From Candidatus Campbellbacteria bacterium (GTDB lineage: Bacteria > Patescibacteriota > Minisyncoccia > Phycocordibacterales > UBA1006): 64,000 nt of DNA. Below, piece after piece: positions 19,844 to 29,599 of the stretch (position 1 is its first letter; each line of letters starts with the position of its first letter). Made by a program: the position numbers and the translations under genes. The DNA lies in NCBI GenBank assembly GCA_002698305.1, contig NZWR01000003.1, positions 10,794 through 74,793 on the forward strand. Direction: 5' to 3'. The notes beneath the pieces are model-generated. The model had not been told where the DNA came from and did no database searches. It was given only the letters and a program-made list of their open reading frames with translations.

Positions 19844-20305
19844 ATGAATCAGGCTGAGATAAACAAGACGATACATACTTTTTTCAGTGCTATGAATCTT
19901 GATACGAAAGAGATTTCATTAATACATGATAATGACTTTAACCATCTTGTTGTAAGTTTGAGAATATCAGGCTCGTTGGAAGAAAGCTTATATGAAATAT
20001 CAACCCTTATACATCGAGATATTGCCCGTATCTTGTCTGAGTTTTTAAAAAAACAACACCATTACCATAAAGATATCGTTGTTGATATTAATAATCAGCA
20101 AATCAAAGCAATTAACCACATAAAATCAATGGCTGAAATTGTAGTTGAACGTGTCCTTTTTTTTGATAAAACATACGAATTTGGATACCTTAATGCTTAT
20201 GAGCGAATGCTTATTCACTCATACTTAAAAAATACAAAAGGCATAGAAACTGAATCGACAGGTGAAGGGAGAGAGCGAAGGCTTTCAATAAAAAAACATT
20301 CTTAA
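19844..20305 (+). CDS. jag: Jag/KhpB-like R3H RNA-binding protein (divergent)
   Basis: NAYERMLIHSYL R3H motif, TESTGEGRERRLSI; synteny after yidC. Confidence 0.8.
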   Translation: MNQAEINKTIHTFFSAMNLDTKEISLIHDNDFNHLVVSLRISGSLEESLYEISTLIHRDIARILSEFLKKQHHYHKDIVVDINNQQIKAINHIKSMAEIVVERVLFFDKTYEFGYLNAYERMLIHSYLKNTKGIETESTGEGRERRLSIKKHS

Positions 20306-20307
20306 TA

Positions 20308-21270
20308 TTAAGATTGTTTTTTTATAAAAGTATATACTTTTCCGCTCTGTTGTATATGAGCATGGTGGCAATTACTGTCGTAGATAAAGTGAAAATCATT
20401 ACTCATATCAAAACCTTCTTCTTTTGGGGTAAACAAACCAGAACAGTCCCGCTGCCCCTGCTCATTATATCTAGTAATGATATACGTATTTCCACTTTCT
20501 TTTTCAATATTAAACTGAGCACTGCTCCCGGTACCTCGAAGTAATTGAGTGTTTTTAACGCGAACAATTTCTTTTTCTGTCGTGTGTTTTTTTCTATGTA
20601 GGAACGTAAATAGGTTTTTTCTCCGAGATATTTTTTCTGTTATCTGGATCCCATTCTCGTCTATTGTGTAAATTTTTCCTGAACTTGTTCCTTTTCGGAT
20701 GATACCAAGAGGGCTTGGTGTGATGGTGAGTGTTTTTTCAATTCCTCTGCGTATCTTTTTATTTGTTGTTCCGTGTAGTAGGGTTTCTGCTACAAAGCGA
20801 GCACAGTTACTCCCATTTTTTACAAAGACACCATATTCAACACTTCCTTTGTTATGGAGATTTTCGATATATTGACGTGCTTTTTGGGAATTAATATTTT
20901 GTGAAACAGTTGCTACAAGCTTTCCGTCACCATGAGTTTTTTCTGGGTGATTATAGAGCCATTGAAGAATCTCTTTTATGTTGGTAATAACACCTTTTTC
21001 TATGTGTGCTCGTAGGGGCACGTGAAGTTCGGTATCCGTCTTTTTACTCCGCACTCTTCCTTTTCCTTGGGGAGTAATATAGCGACCAAAATCAAAGTAA
21101 TCAACATTACCGGTTGTATGATTAACAAGACACAGGGCTGCATGACCAGCCTTAATAGCATCTTTTGTTCCTACCCCTAGGTAGGGGAGAATTTTACAAA
21201 TATATTCCGTTGAGGGCCGCACAAAAACATCTGGGTAGGCCATAAGGATAAGTGACGCGTCGTTTTTCAT
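20308..21270 (-). CDS. DUF6695-like protein, probable permuted papain-like (His-before-Cys) hydrolase
   Basis: AYPD, AGHAAL, YFDFGRYITP.G.GRVRS and SNCARFV motifs; family name recalled from flavobacterial proteins, not searched. Confidence 0.6.
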   Translation of the reverse strand: MKNDASLILMAYPDVFVRPSTEYICKILPYLGVGTKDAIKAGHAALCLVNHTTGNVDYFDFGRYITPQGKGRVRSKKTDTELHVPLRAHIEKGVITNIKEILQWLYNHPEKTHGDGKLVATVSQNINSQKARQYIENLHNKGSVEYGVFVKNGSNCARFVAETLLHGTTNKKIRRGIEKTLTITPSPLGIIRKGTSSGKIYTIDENGIQITEKISRRKNLFTFLHRKKHTTEKEIVRVKNTQLLRGTGSSAQFNIEKESGNTYIITRYNEQGQRDCSGLFTPKEEGFDMSNDFHFIYDSNCHHAHIQQSGKVYTFIKKQS

Positions 21271-21331
21271 GTTGATATTGTACGTGTTTTAAGTATTCCT
21301 TCAAACTAAAAAGCAGCAATAATGCTCCTTG

Positions 21332-23176
21332 TTAGTTTACAAACTGATTTGTGTCTTTGTTCTTTAGTTCCTCTTTTGCTTTTTTAATCGACAGAACTTG
21401 AGCAGGATCAGAGGTGATAATTTGGTCTTCGGTATATGAGGCGATAATTTTAATTGCAACATGTTTCAGTCCCGCAAAGAAGATTCCTTCTCCAACATTT
21501 GATTCAATTAATAAATACTTCTCTTCATCAGTAAGTCTGAAAATCTCCTGAAGGTTATCGATAGCACTTGGCGATTGTTTTAAGAGTAATTGCATCGATG
21601 AGTTGGTGATAATAGGAACACCGTAACGTGACTTGATAAAGTCACCGACGTCCTGAGTAATAGTTGCAAGCCCAAGGAAGTATTTACGTCCACGCTTAGC
21701 AATCATAAACAAGAATGATGCGGTATCATCTGATTTCATCATCCACCACGCCTCATCCACCACAAGGAGACGTTTCTTAATATCTTTACGGACAGCATTC
21801 CAAATAAACTGCGTGATGATATACATCGCTGCAGGCTTCAGCTCATCCTCCATATCTCGGATAGAGAATACAACAAGCTTTCTGTTAATATCCACGTTTG
21901 AAGGTTTGTTAATAAACCCAGACCAGGTTCCTCGCGTATATTTTGTTAGTCGTGTTAACAAAGATTCACTTCCTTCCATTGAAGAAAGCACCATTTCAAA
22001 GTCTGACATCAAGGGCGGCTCAATGTCTGAGTAATCGCTGTTAGGGGTGATATCTTTCAAGGCATAGGTTTCAGTAATAGCCCTATCAACCACTGAATCT
22101 TCTTCTGGTGTTAGACCTCCAAGCATGATCCTAAAGAGCCCTACGAGGTGAATAATATGGGTCCTAAGAACATCTGCTGGATCCTCGTCATCGAGCGGCT
22201 TTGGTACATCAAAAGGGTTGATGTGGTGCTCGGAAGAGAGGGAGATGTTAAAGTATCGTCCTCCTACGGCCTCGGCAAGGTATTCATATTCACGTTCAGG
22301 GTCAATAACGATAACTTCGGTATCAAACATCATTGTTCGCAGAATCTCAAGCTTTGTAGCATATGATTTTCCGGCTCCAGAAGTCGCAAAGATTACTGAG
22401 TTGTAGTTTGGTAGTGAATAGCGATCAAAAATAACGAGCCCTGAGTTGTGGCGGTTAATTCCGTACAAAATTCCTTTGTTGTCAGTGAGTTCTGATGAGA
22501 TAAAAGGGAAAAATGATGAAACGGGTCCGGTATTCAGTTTAGTGTGCACCTGTAACTGGTCGTTCCCAACAGGGGCAACTGACATAAACCCTTCAACTTG
22601 CTGGAAGAGTGCTGGTTTTAGATAGATAAGCTTTGATTCTAAGAGTGACCTAATTTCATTCTCAGTTTTAAAGAGCTCGTCTTCATCATCAGCATAAATA
22701 GTGATATAGAGACCAACAGAAAAGATTTTTTCCTGAGCTTGTTGCAGGGAGTCACGAAGTTGTTCAAGGTCACGATACGCAGTATCAAGGATTGGATCGC
22801 GAACGAGCCCTTTTGATTCTCGGGTGCTAATCTGTGACTGCACTTCGGCAACCTTTTTTTTGAATTGACTCAGAATTTTTTCAGTAGCAATAGGATGAAT
22901 ATGAATTCCAATATCAAAAACCTTATCAAGGTTAACGATTGGGGCGAGCCACCCGTCAGTAAGGTACCGAGGGTATGACATTACAAAAAAGGTTCGTGAT
23001 GTCTTGCCAGCGATACGGATAGATTTAGAGCTGACTTCAAGGGCTGCAGGAGCAAGAATATCTTGAAGCTGCAATTTCGCCGATTGATAAATTTCTCCTG
23101 GAAGCACAGGAACAGCAGTTGTTTTGATTTCTTCTTTTGGTTTAGAATTACCTAAAAGATCAGATAGTAGTGACAT
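21332..23176 (-). CDS. virB4: VirB4/TraC-like type IV secretion ATPase
   Basis: Walker A ATSGAGKS, VIDPEREY, Walker B LLVVDEAW, KRGRKY, ITQDVGDF. Start from TATACT-N6-ATG. Confidence 0.9.
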   Translation of the reverse strand: MSLLSDLLGNSKPKEEIKTTAVPVLPGEIYQSAKLQLQDILAPAALEVSSKSIRIAGKTSRTFFVMSYPRYLTDGWLAPIVNLDKVFDIGIHIHPIATEKILSQFKKKVAEVQSQISTRESKGLVRDPILDTAYRDLEQLRDSLQQAQEKIFSVGLYITIYADDEDELFKTENEIRSLLESKLIYLKPALFQQVEGFMSVAPVGNDQLQVHTKLNTGPVSSFFPFISSELTDNKGILYGINRHNSGLVIFDRYSLPNYNSVIFATSGAGKSYATKLEILRTMMFDTEVIVIDPEREYEYLAEAVGGRYFNISLSSEHHINPFDVPKPLDDEDPADVLRTHIIHLVGLFRIMLGGLTPEEDSVVDRAITETYALKDITPNSDYSDIEPPLMSDFEMVLSSMEGSESLLTRLTKYTRGTWSGFINKPSNVDINRKLVVFSIRDMEDELKPAAMYIITQFIWNAVRKDIKKRLLVVDEAWWMMKSDDTASFLFMIAKRGRKYFLGLATITQDVGDFIKSRYGVPIITNSSMQLLLKQSPSAIDNLQEIFRLTDEEKYLLIESNVGEGIFFAGLKHVAIKIIASYTEDQIITSDPAQVLSIKKAKEELKNKDTNQFVN

Positions 23177-23266
23177 GACACTAGTATACCAAGTACCTGC
23201 ATTAAAATAAAACACAAAATCAATGGTCTATAGTGTGGAATTATAAAAAACACTCTAAAGAGTGTT

Positions 23267-24919
23267 TTAAACGCTGCTTAGTCTAAGGCTCCAAAGATGT
23301 TCAGTTTCTTTGTCTAGGAAATAGAGGTAATCATCATCCTCATCGATCATAATTTTTTCAATATCTATTCCAGGCGCATAAACATCAGTGATATTGAATT
23401 CATATGTTTCTTCAAAGTTTGGAATACTTATTTTCCAAATACCATCGTTATAGAGTTCTTTTCCAAGATACCAGCTATCAGGATACTCCCCTTCAAAGGC
23501 AAGCGAATTTGGAACACCACAATAAACTTCATTACCGTCTTTAGACCATACGCATTTATCTGCAAAGGTTTGAAGTGTTAGTAGATGTTCGGTGTTATTG
23601 ATTCGATCTCGAATAAAGGTTTCGACCCCATCCCCTGTACTACGGCTTCCTATTGCATATTCTCCGCTTGGACTCACAAGCAGTGTTAACCCGACCGTTG
23701 CATCGGTCTTTTTAAAGTATCTTCCTGTGTCAGGTGTCAGCTCGTAACTATATCCTGAGGCTCCGTAACTTGGCTTGGTGACAAGTTCAATACTATTCTC
23801 ACTGGTGAATTGAGACAGCCATTCTGAGAATGGAGATTGAAAAATAATGGTTGGCTCGTCTGTTTCAAGATTGCGCAGTGTTCCTTGCGAACCATTTTCA
23901 TTTGATACCAAGTAAAACATTTGCTCTGGTAGATTTGGACTCATGCTGATGCTTGCAATATCCTGTGATAGGAATGAACCAGTCAAGGTATATTTTTCAT
24001 CAAGATTGTTATACACCTCAATAGCAGCTTGACGTTGCTGCTCGTCGCAGACCTCAAGCATTTGTTCTTTCGTTGCGTCGCCAATCTGCCCATCAATCTC
24101 TAGCTGATACAGTGATTGAAAGTTTTTAATAGCGGTACGTGTTTCTTCGGTAACCGCTGAGCCCTCATTTCCTGGTGAGTTGGTACCTTCTTGTGAGACA
24201 CGCGTTTGAGGTGATCGGTTCAGGAAGCTGTGAATACCAATAACATCAATATCATCTTCACCGTCTTCAAGAGCTCTAAATTCAAATGGGCATGGTTTAA
24301 TGTCTAGCTCAATAGGTCTGAGTTCTCCAAGATAGGTTTCTGCAGTATGGTCATCACTATTCCAGTACTGGAAGGCCGCATAGGTTCCTGTAGGGCTGAA
24401 ATAGACGTGTTCCGCGTTAGGTACATAGTTGTTAACCAATTTTGTTTCGGTCAGCTCAAAATCAGTTACTGCAGATTCATAGACCGTTCCATCTGAAATA
24501 GCGGTATAGCGAATATAATCATTCTCTACCGGAACTTTCTTTAGAACCTGAACACTTTCACCATCTTCGTCTATTTCAATATCAAGAATCTCTTGCTCCT
24601 CAACCTTGGTAAGTGGAACAAACCCTCCAGTTGGAAATGTAGAGACTTTTCGTAGGCGTGGGACGTTTTGATCCGGGTCAATACCGTCATCGATAATTTC
24701 ATCAGTCTCTATTGGCTCACCGTCATCACCAATAGTGAACTGACCTCCAGAGCTGCTTTGACCACTGTCAGATACTTCTCCAAACGGGAAGAGGTTTCGA
24801 GTATTCTGCCCAACATCATCTCTTCCTGAATCATCAAGAATGAAAAAATACCAAATTCCCCCAAGAACCAGAGCAAGAATTAGCAGCACAATAAAAATTT
24901 TTACTATTTTTTTGAGCAT
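23267..24919 (-). CDS. Membrane-anchored protein with internal peptidoglycan-binding domain and beta-propeller-like remainder
   Basis: N-terminal TM; TEETRTAIKNFQSLYQLEIDGQIGDATK is PG_binding_1-like; FSPTG, VSPSG, WSKDG repeats. Confidence 0.7.
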   Translation of the reverse strand: MLKKIVKIFIVLLILALVLGGIWYFFILDDSGRDDVGQNTRNLFPFGEVSDSGQSSSGGQFTIGDDGEPIETDEIIDDGIDPDQNVPRLRKVSTFPTGGFVPLTKVEEQEILDIEIDEDGESVQVLKKVPVENDYIRYTAISDGTVYESAVTDFELTETKLVNNYVPNAEHVYFSPTGTYAAFQYWNSDDHTAETYLGELRPIELDIKPCPFEFRALEDGEDDIDVIGIHSFLNRSPQTRVSQEGTNSPGNEGSAVTEETRTAIKNFQSLYQLEIDGQIGDATKEQMLEVCDEQQRQAAIEVYNNLDEKYTLTGSFLSQDIASISMSPNLPEQMFYLVSNENGSQGTLRNLETDEPTIIFQSPFSEWLSQFTSENSIELVTKPSYGASGYSYELTPDTGRYFKKTDATVGLTLLVSPSGEYAIGSRSTGDGVETFIRDRINNTEHLLTLQTFADKCVWSKDGNEVYCGVPNSLAFEGEYPDSWYLGKELYNDGIWKISIPNFEETYEFNITDVYAPGIDIEKIMIDEDDDYLYFLDKETEHLWSLRLSSV

Positions 24920-24982
24920 AGTAGTACCTGTAGTATATCACGATGGAATTTTTGAGGAAAAAGAAAAACCGCATTCGCGATC

Positions 24983-27766
24983 TTATCTTCCTGTGGTTGA
25001 CCAATGCCAGTTTTCGATTGACCTTCCTCCTCTTTTAAGATTAAACAACCCATAGCTATTTGCGTTGTCTACCATCCAGTTGTAGCAATCACGTGTCCAC
25101 TCTTTTTTTGTTCCGTTTGTGTTTCCGTCGTGAACATTAATAGTTCCTGTTTGACCTCCTACTGTACAAGTAAAGTCTATTGCAAGTCCTGAGTTATGTT
25201 CTGATTTTCCAGGGGGGGCTGTTGGAATAGTACATGAGGATGATGGAGCATTATGTATGTCTGGACATCCATTTTTTATTCTAAGATATGCTTGTTGTTC
25301 CATTGTTCTAAAACCTCCACCTCCAAGGGATATTGAGTCGGTGGCTGCATTGGTAAGTAGATTTTGGTACTCCTCTGAAATACTTGAACACAGATATGTG
25401 CTTCCAACCTGCGTGATTCCCTGAGGGCATTTTGGGGTAGTGTATGAACCATCACCAAGATTGGGTGGATACGGCGGATACTGGGAATCATTAGCAATAA
25501 CTTCTTTAATCGCCGCTTCGTCTTCTTGATTAACTCTAACCTCTTCAATATTTGAGCCAAAATTCACTTGTAGAAGCTGTGGGTTAATCGTGTTTAGAAT
25601 GATATAGATGCTGAGGCCAAGGACTAATCCCATTAATGCTTGGGTGATGCGTGTTCGAGCATTACTTTTCCCAGTAAGGCTTTCCTCGGTCATGTACTGC
25701 ACTCCAGCAACGACAATCATAATGACTGACAATACCATCAAGAGACCAAGAGCTACTTGGAACAATGAGTTCACATAGTCTTCAAATTTGAAGGTGGTAA
25801 CATCTACCGCGACCCTTCGTGGATCGTTAGGGTCGGTAATATTACCAAGACCTGGAATAGGTGATAAGAATTCATAACAATTATCTTTGTACCCAGTTAA
25901 ATCCTCATTCGCACACGGTCCACTTGGTATAATACTCGAACCTGGGAAAACTGACTCAGGGAGGCCCGAGTTTGGATCAATTCCTGAGACTGACTCGATG
26001 GTCCAATTGGTACCACCACATAAACCTTCTGCACAATTTGCAAGTACTAACCCTCTCTCATGCGGCTCACCTGACCCTGTGTTGTTAATGGTATTAACAG
26101 TATCCCCAGCAACGTTTTCAATCTCAACACTAAAATTACAATCAGGATCATAATCAGTGTTGCAGTCATCATTGTGGGCCCTAAATGTCATTGTTAGTAG
26201 TTCACCATTTGGGGTTACTTCGAGTGTATCAGTGGTCTCTCCTCCAATATCAAAAGTTACGCCCCCGCTTGTGTTGTTGTCAGGAAATTCAATACTTATG
26301 GGGCTATTAACACAATTTGTTGTGTTCACCTTAAGAACGATAAGTGCATCATCAATTATTTCATTGTGTTGATTAAAGCTAATATCTGAACTTTCAAGAT
26401 TACAAACAGTGTTAGTACCATCTATACCTAAAATAATCTCTTCAAAATCCCAGTTATCTGAATCCCATCCCAGTAAGTTTCCTTCTCCGCAACTACCAGC
26501 ACAATTTGCAAGCCCAACTCCGCGCTCTGCCATAATCTCTTCAATATCTTCAATCATTTCAGCCCCCTGGTCAAAAATAAGGCTTGCTGATAGTTCAGGG
26601 TGCTCTCCCCACGTACTACTTGAATTAAATATTAATTCATCATTTGAGGCATCATAGATTTGAAAGTAATAAACACAATCCCATCCCCATTTCGTTGATC
26701 CCCCTTCACCATCTCTATTTTCCTCGTGACATTCAGCCTCATCTGATTCTACTTCAACAACAATCTGCCCACTATTTGTTGGTTTAATTAGTGGTGGCAT
26801 CTCTTCAATCCTTACAAAGCGAGGAGTAAGATTTTCAAGTCCTGCTGCTTTTATTACGACTCCGTCATTACAACCAGATACACTGATTTCGATATCTGTA
26901 TTTGAATCTACAACATTGCCTAGTGTGTTAATAGTATCTATGGATAAGCTGTTTACAGAACACCCTTCAATCACAGTATTATCTGGTACCTGACTTGTTG
27001 TAAAAGAAACAATTTCTCCTCGAACCTCTGTTCCTCCACCAAGGCTTTTTGCACAGGCTTGATAAAAGTAGTTTGTACTTGGTAACAAGTCTTCTATATT
27101 AGAATTCCTAAAAGAATCTGGATAGTGCTGCTCGTTTCGGTCGTATACACATTCACCCGCAACATTATTTCCATTTTGGTTGGTATTAATGATATATCCA
27201 GATTCACGAATATACGGAGTCACTATTTTTCTCCTCAATGTTGCGGATTGATAGGTAATGTTATTTTGCTGAACAGCAAGCGTCTCTACTTCGATATTTT
27301 CAAGTTGCTGTGTTGTAGGCATGGCAAAAGAAACAATCTCTCCATCTACATTAATTCCAGAATCCAATATCCCACAGGCTTTATAGTAATAGGTCGTTCC
27401 TGGTTGCAATCCAGTAAATTGCTTTTTAAAAGGAGAAGTCTGTCCATGCATAATATATCCTCCATATGCACCAGTACCTGGAATTAACCAAGAACTTTGG
27501 TTGGTGATAATACCACAGCTACTTAGTTCGACATTAGATTGATTTGTACCAACAGCAAAACCAATTTGCTTCATTTTTGAGTTATATTTTTGCTCTAGCG
27601 TTCCTTGGTCAAGGATAAGGTACCCTGATACCTCAACGCTTGTTTGAGAAAGAAACTCGGCTGGGAGAGTTTGAATATCATACTCAAGGTTAACGTTCCC
27701 TCCTTGGGCTTGTGATACTAGAAATCCAGCAAAAAATAAAAGAAAAGTGAAGAAAATTTTTTTCAT
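24983..27766 (-). CDS. Multidomain surface protein: FN3-like repeats, duplicated Cys-rich domain, VirB2/TrbC-like pilin hairpin, C-terminal M15B (VanY-type) D,D-carboxypeptidase
   Basis: GLQPGTTYYYKAC/LLPSTNYFYQAC; ERG..LANCA twice; pilin-like LSVIMIVVAGVQYMT...ARTRITQALMGLVL...ILNTINPQL; GFRT..QQ, PGKSEHNSGLAIDF, ENWHW. Confidence 0.8.
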   Translation of the reverse strand: MKKIFFTFLLFFAGFLVSQAQGGNVNLEYDIQTLPAEFLSQTSVEVSGYLILDQGTLEQKYNSKMKQIGFAVGTNQSNVELSSCGIITNQSSWLIPGTGAYGGYIMHGQTSPFKKQFTGLQPGTTYYYKACGILDSGINVDGEIVSFAMPTTQQLENIEVETLAVQQNNITYQSATLRRKIVTPYIRESGYIINTNQNGNNVAGECVYDRNEQHYPDSFRNSNIEDLLPSTNYFYQACAKSLGGGTEVRGEIVSFTTSQVPDNTVIEGCSVNSLSIDTINTLGNVVDSNTDIEISVSGCNDGVVIKAAGLENLTPRFVRIEEMPPLIKPTNSGQIVVEVESDEAECHEENRDGEGGSTKWGWDCVYYFQIYDASNDELIFNSSSTWGEHPELSASLIFDQGAEMIEDIEEIMAERGVGLANCAGSCGEGNLLGWDSDNWDFEEIILGIDGTNTVCNLESSDISFNQHNEIIDDALIVLKVNTTNCVNSPISIEFPDNNTSGGVTFDIGGETTDTLEVTPNGELLTMTFRAHNDDCNTDYDPDCNFSVEIENVAGDTVNTINNTGSGEPHERGLVLANCAEGLCGGTNWTIESVSGIDPNSGLPESVFPGSSIIPSGPCANEDLTGYKDNCYEFLSPIPGLGNITDPNDPRRVAVDVTTFKFEDYVNSLFQVALGLLMVLSVIMIVVAGVQYMTEESLTGKSNARTRITQALMGLVLGLSIYIILNTINPQLLQVNFGSNIEEVRVNQEDEAAIKEVIANDSQYPPYPPNLGDGSYTTPKCPQGITQVGSTYLCSSISEEYQNLLTNAATDSISLGGGGFRTMEQQAYLRIKNGCPDIHNAPSSSCTIPTAPPGKSEHNSGLAIDFTCTVGGQTGTINVHDGNTNGTKKEWTRDCYNWMVDNANSYGLFNLKRGGRSIENWHWSTTGR

Positions 27767-27814
27767 GTTCTGATTATACTATCCTCGCGCTGTTTTGCTA
27801 AGTAAAAACCTTGG

Positions 27815-28834
27815 TTAGGAACCAAGGTTAATATTAAGCGTTGCTCTCCCGACTCCTTTTTGGAGAATTTTTTTAATACCTTCTACAGCTGTTTCTATTT
27901 GCAGGGAGCCAGATTCTCCATTGGTGGTAAGGAAAATTTGATTTTGTTTGGCAAAGTCTTGAGGGGCTTGGTCGCGTCCGTTTACATTCCATCTAACAAA
28001 TACATCAGTAAAATTTCGAGCTGTCGTTGAGAAATATACAGGGTGAAAGGCTAATCTGATGGTGTCTTTAAGAAGATTAGGGAAATTACGCAGCGATTTT
28101 TGAGTCAAGAGCCGTCCGTCAGTGTTCATCTCATAAAAAAGAATTTCCGGGTCGATTGCGGCTGTATCAATATTAATAACATTTTCAGCAAAGGAATTCT
28201 CGCGTCGGTCGTTAGAAGTTACACTAATACGTTCATTGGTAATAATCGGGTCTGCTGTAAATTCAAATGATTGGCGTCCAAACCCCGAAGACCGAACCTG
28301 GCGGTCATAATTTCGGTCCCAATAGTAAATAAGGTTTGGGGCATCGTTTGGTTCAATGAGGAGTGTTTCAGGGATTCCTGTTACGCGGATTTCAGACTGG
28401 CGAATAGGCAATGCTTTTCCTTTATAAAAAGGTGGGGTATAGCTATCAACCGTCTCCCACAACAAATCAATGTTTGATGGAGCAAAACCCAGTTCTTTAC
28501 GTAAAGAACGTCCCTGGTAATCAACGACAATAGTGATGTTGGTCGGTTCACCCGTGTTTCCGTTGGTAAAGCTGTAGTCACGTTCACCAAATCCAGAGAG
28601 GACACGCTGGCCATTTTTAAACCAAGAAATAAATTCATTATTAAGATTAAAACTGTAACTCGTCACCCGAAGATCAACCTGTTCGTTGGGTCCTGGAATT
28701 TCAGGTTTGATATCGACAGAAATATCATCAGCGCTATACAAATCAAATTGCTGAGCTCCCGTATGTTCAGCAAAGGTAAAAAAACAGGCACTGAACAAGA
28801 ACGCAAATATAAAAATGTGAGAAAGCTGTTTCAC
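27815..28834 (-). CDS. Secreted hypothetical protein in the T4SS-like cluster
   Basis: Signal peptide; beta-rich; YTPPFYKGKALP motif; GTG start preceded by TATACT. Confidence 0.75.
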   Translation of the reverse strand: MKQLSHIFIFAFLFSACFFTFAEHTGAQQFDLYSADDISVDIKPEIPGPNEQVDLRVTSYSFNLNNEFISWFKNGQRVLSGFGERDYSFTNGNTGEPTNITIVVDYQGRSLRKELGFAPSNIDLLWETVDSYTPPFYKGKALPIRQSEIRVTGIPETLLIEPNDAPNLIYYWDRNYDRQVRSSGFGRQSFEFTADPIITNERISVTSNDRRENSFAENVINIDTAAIDPEILFYEMNTDGRLLTQKSLRNFPNLLKDTIRLAFHPVYFSTTARNFTDVFVRWNVNGRDQAPQDFAKQNQIFLTTNGESGSLQIETAVEGIKKILQKGVGRATLNINLGS

Positions 28835-28890
28835 GTCATCAGTATACTATTTTTTCTGATTGTTTATAAGCCATATAAAAAGAACAGCTG

Positions 28891-29550
28891 CTACTGTCCT
28901 AGTTGTGGAATATTTCGGTGACTCTCTCCTGGGTTGAACATGTTATAGAACACCTCAATAGCTTGTTCAGTGTTTAATTGTTCTGATCGCACCCCAAAAC
29001 GAGAAAGCCCTCCTTTTACAATAGCAACACGCTGTTCAAGCTGGCTTCGTTGCTCTTCAAATTTCGCAGATTCTTCTTGGAAATTCTTCTTTTTACTACC
29101 CAAGAATAACTGTTGGAAAATATTTTGATCTGGAGCTTTGCTAAAGGCACTTCCAGTATATGGAACAACAACGTAGAATTTCTTAGACATTACATTGACT
29201 GAGTCGTTAAACCATTTAATGAATTCAATGTACTCACGCGTTTGAAGACGAAGCAATTCTTCTTCCTGCTGTTCAATCCGCCTTTCAAGAGTAAGAAGAT
29301 AGGGCTTGATATCATAACGTCGTGATTGCACAGCAATTTCAACTGGGAATTCAATAGAGTTTAAAAAGCCTTGGAACTGCATAATAACCGCCTGCTGCTC
29401 GTCAGGTGATTTTAACGCAATATTAATTGCTGAAGCTAGAAGAATAGCTCGCAAGCTCCCGTCTTCAAGAACGACAATACCATCCCGAATTTCTTTTACT
29501 GGAATAAAATCTTGCGTTCGTGATCCCGAATATTTTTTAGTCTCCGCCAT
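28891..29550 (-). CDS. TraC/VirB4 N-terminal-like partner protein
   Basis: TQDFIPVKEIRDGIVVL..GSLRAIL..SAINIALKS..EQ..VI..FQGFLNS..FPV.I..QSR; located in the VirB4/PrgI cluster. Confidence 0.75.
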   Translation of the reverse strand: MAETKKYSGSRTQDFIPVKEIRDGIVVLEDGSLRAILLASAINIALKSPDEQQAVIMQFQGFLNSIEFPVEIAVQSRRYDIKPYLLTLERRIEQQEEELLRLQTREYIEFIKWFNDSVNVMSKKFYVVVPYTGSAFSKAPDQNIFQQLFLGSKKKNFQEESAKFEEQRSQLEQRVAIVKGGLSRFGVRSEQLNTEQAIEVFYNMFNPGESHRNIPQLGQ

Positions 29551-29599
29551 AAGTATCCCTAGTATACCTTATTTTCAATAAGGTATACTAGGGATACTT
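29551..29599. repeat. Perfect 23-bp inverted repeat containing back-to-back -10 boxes
   Basis: AAGTATCCCTAGTATACCTTATT-ttc-AATAAGGTATACTAGGGATACTT. Confidence 0.9.
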
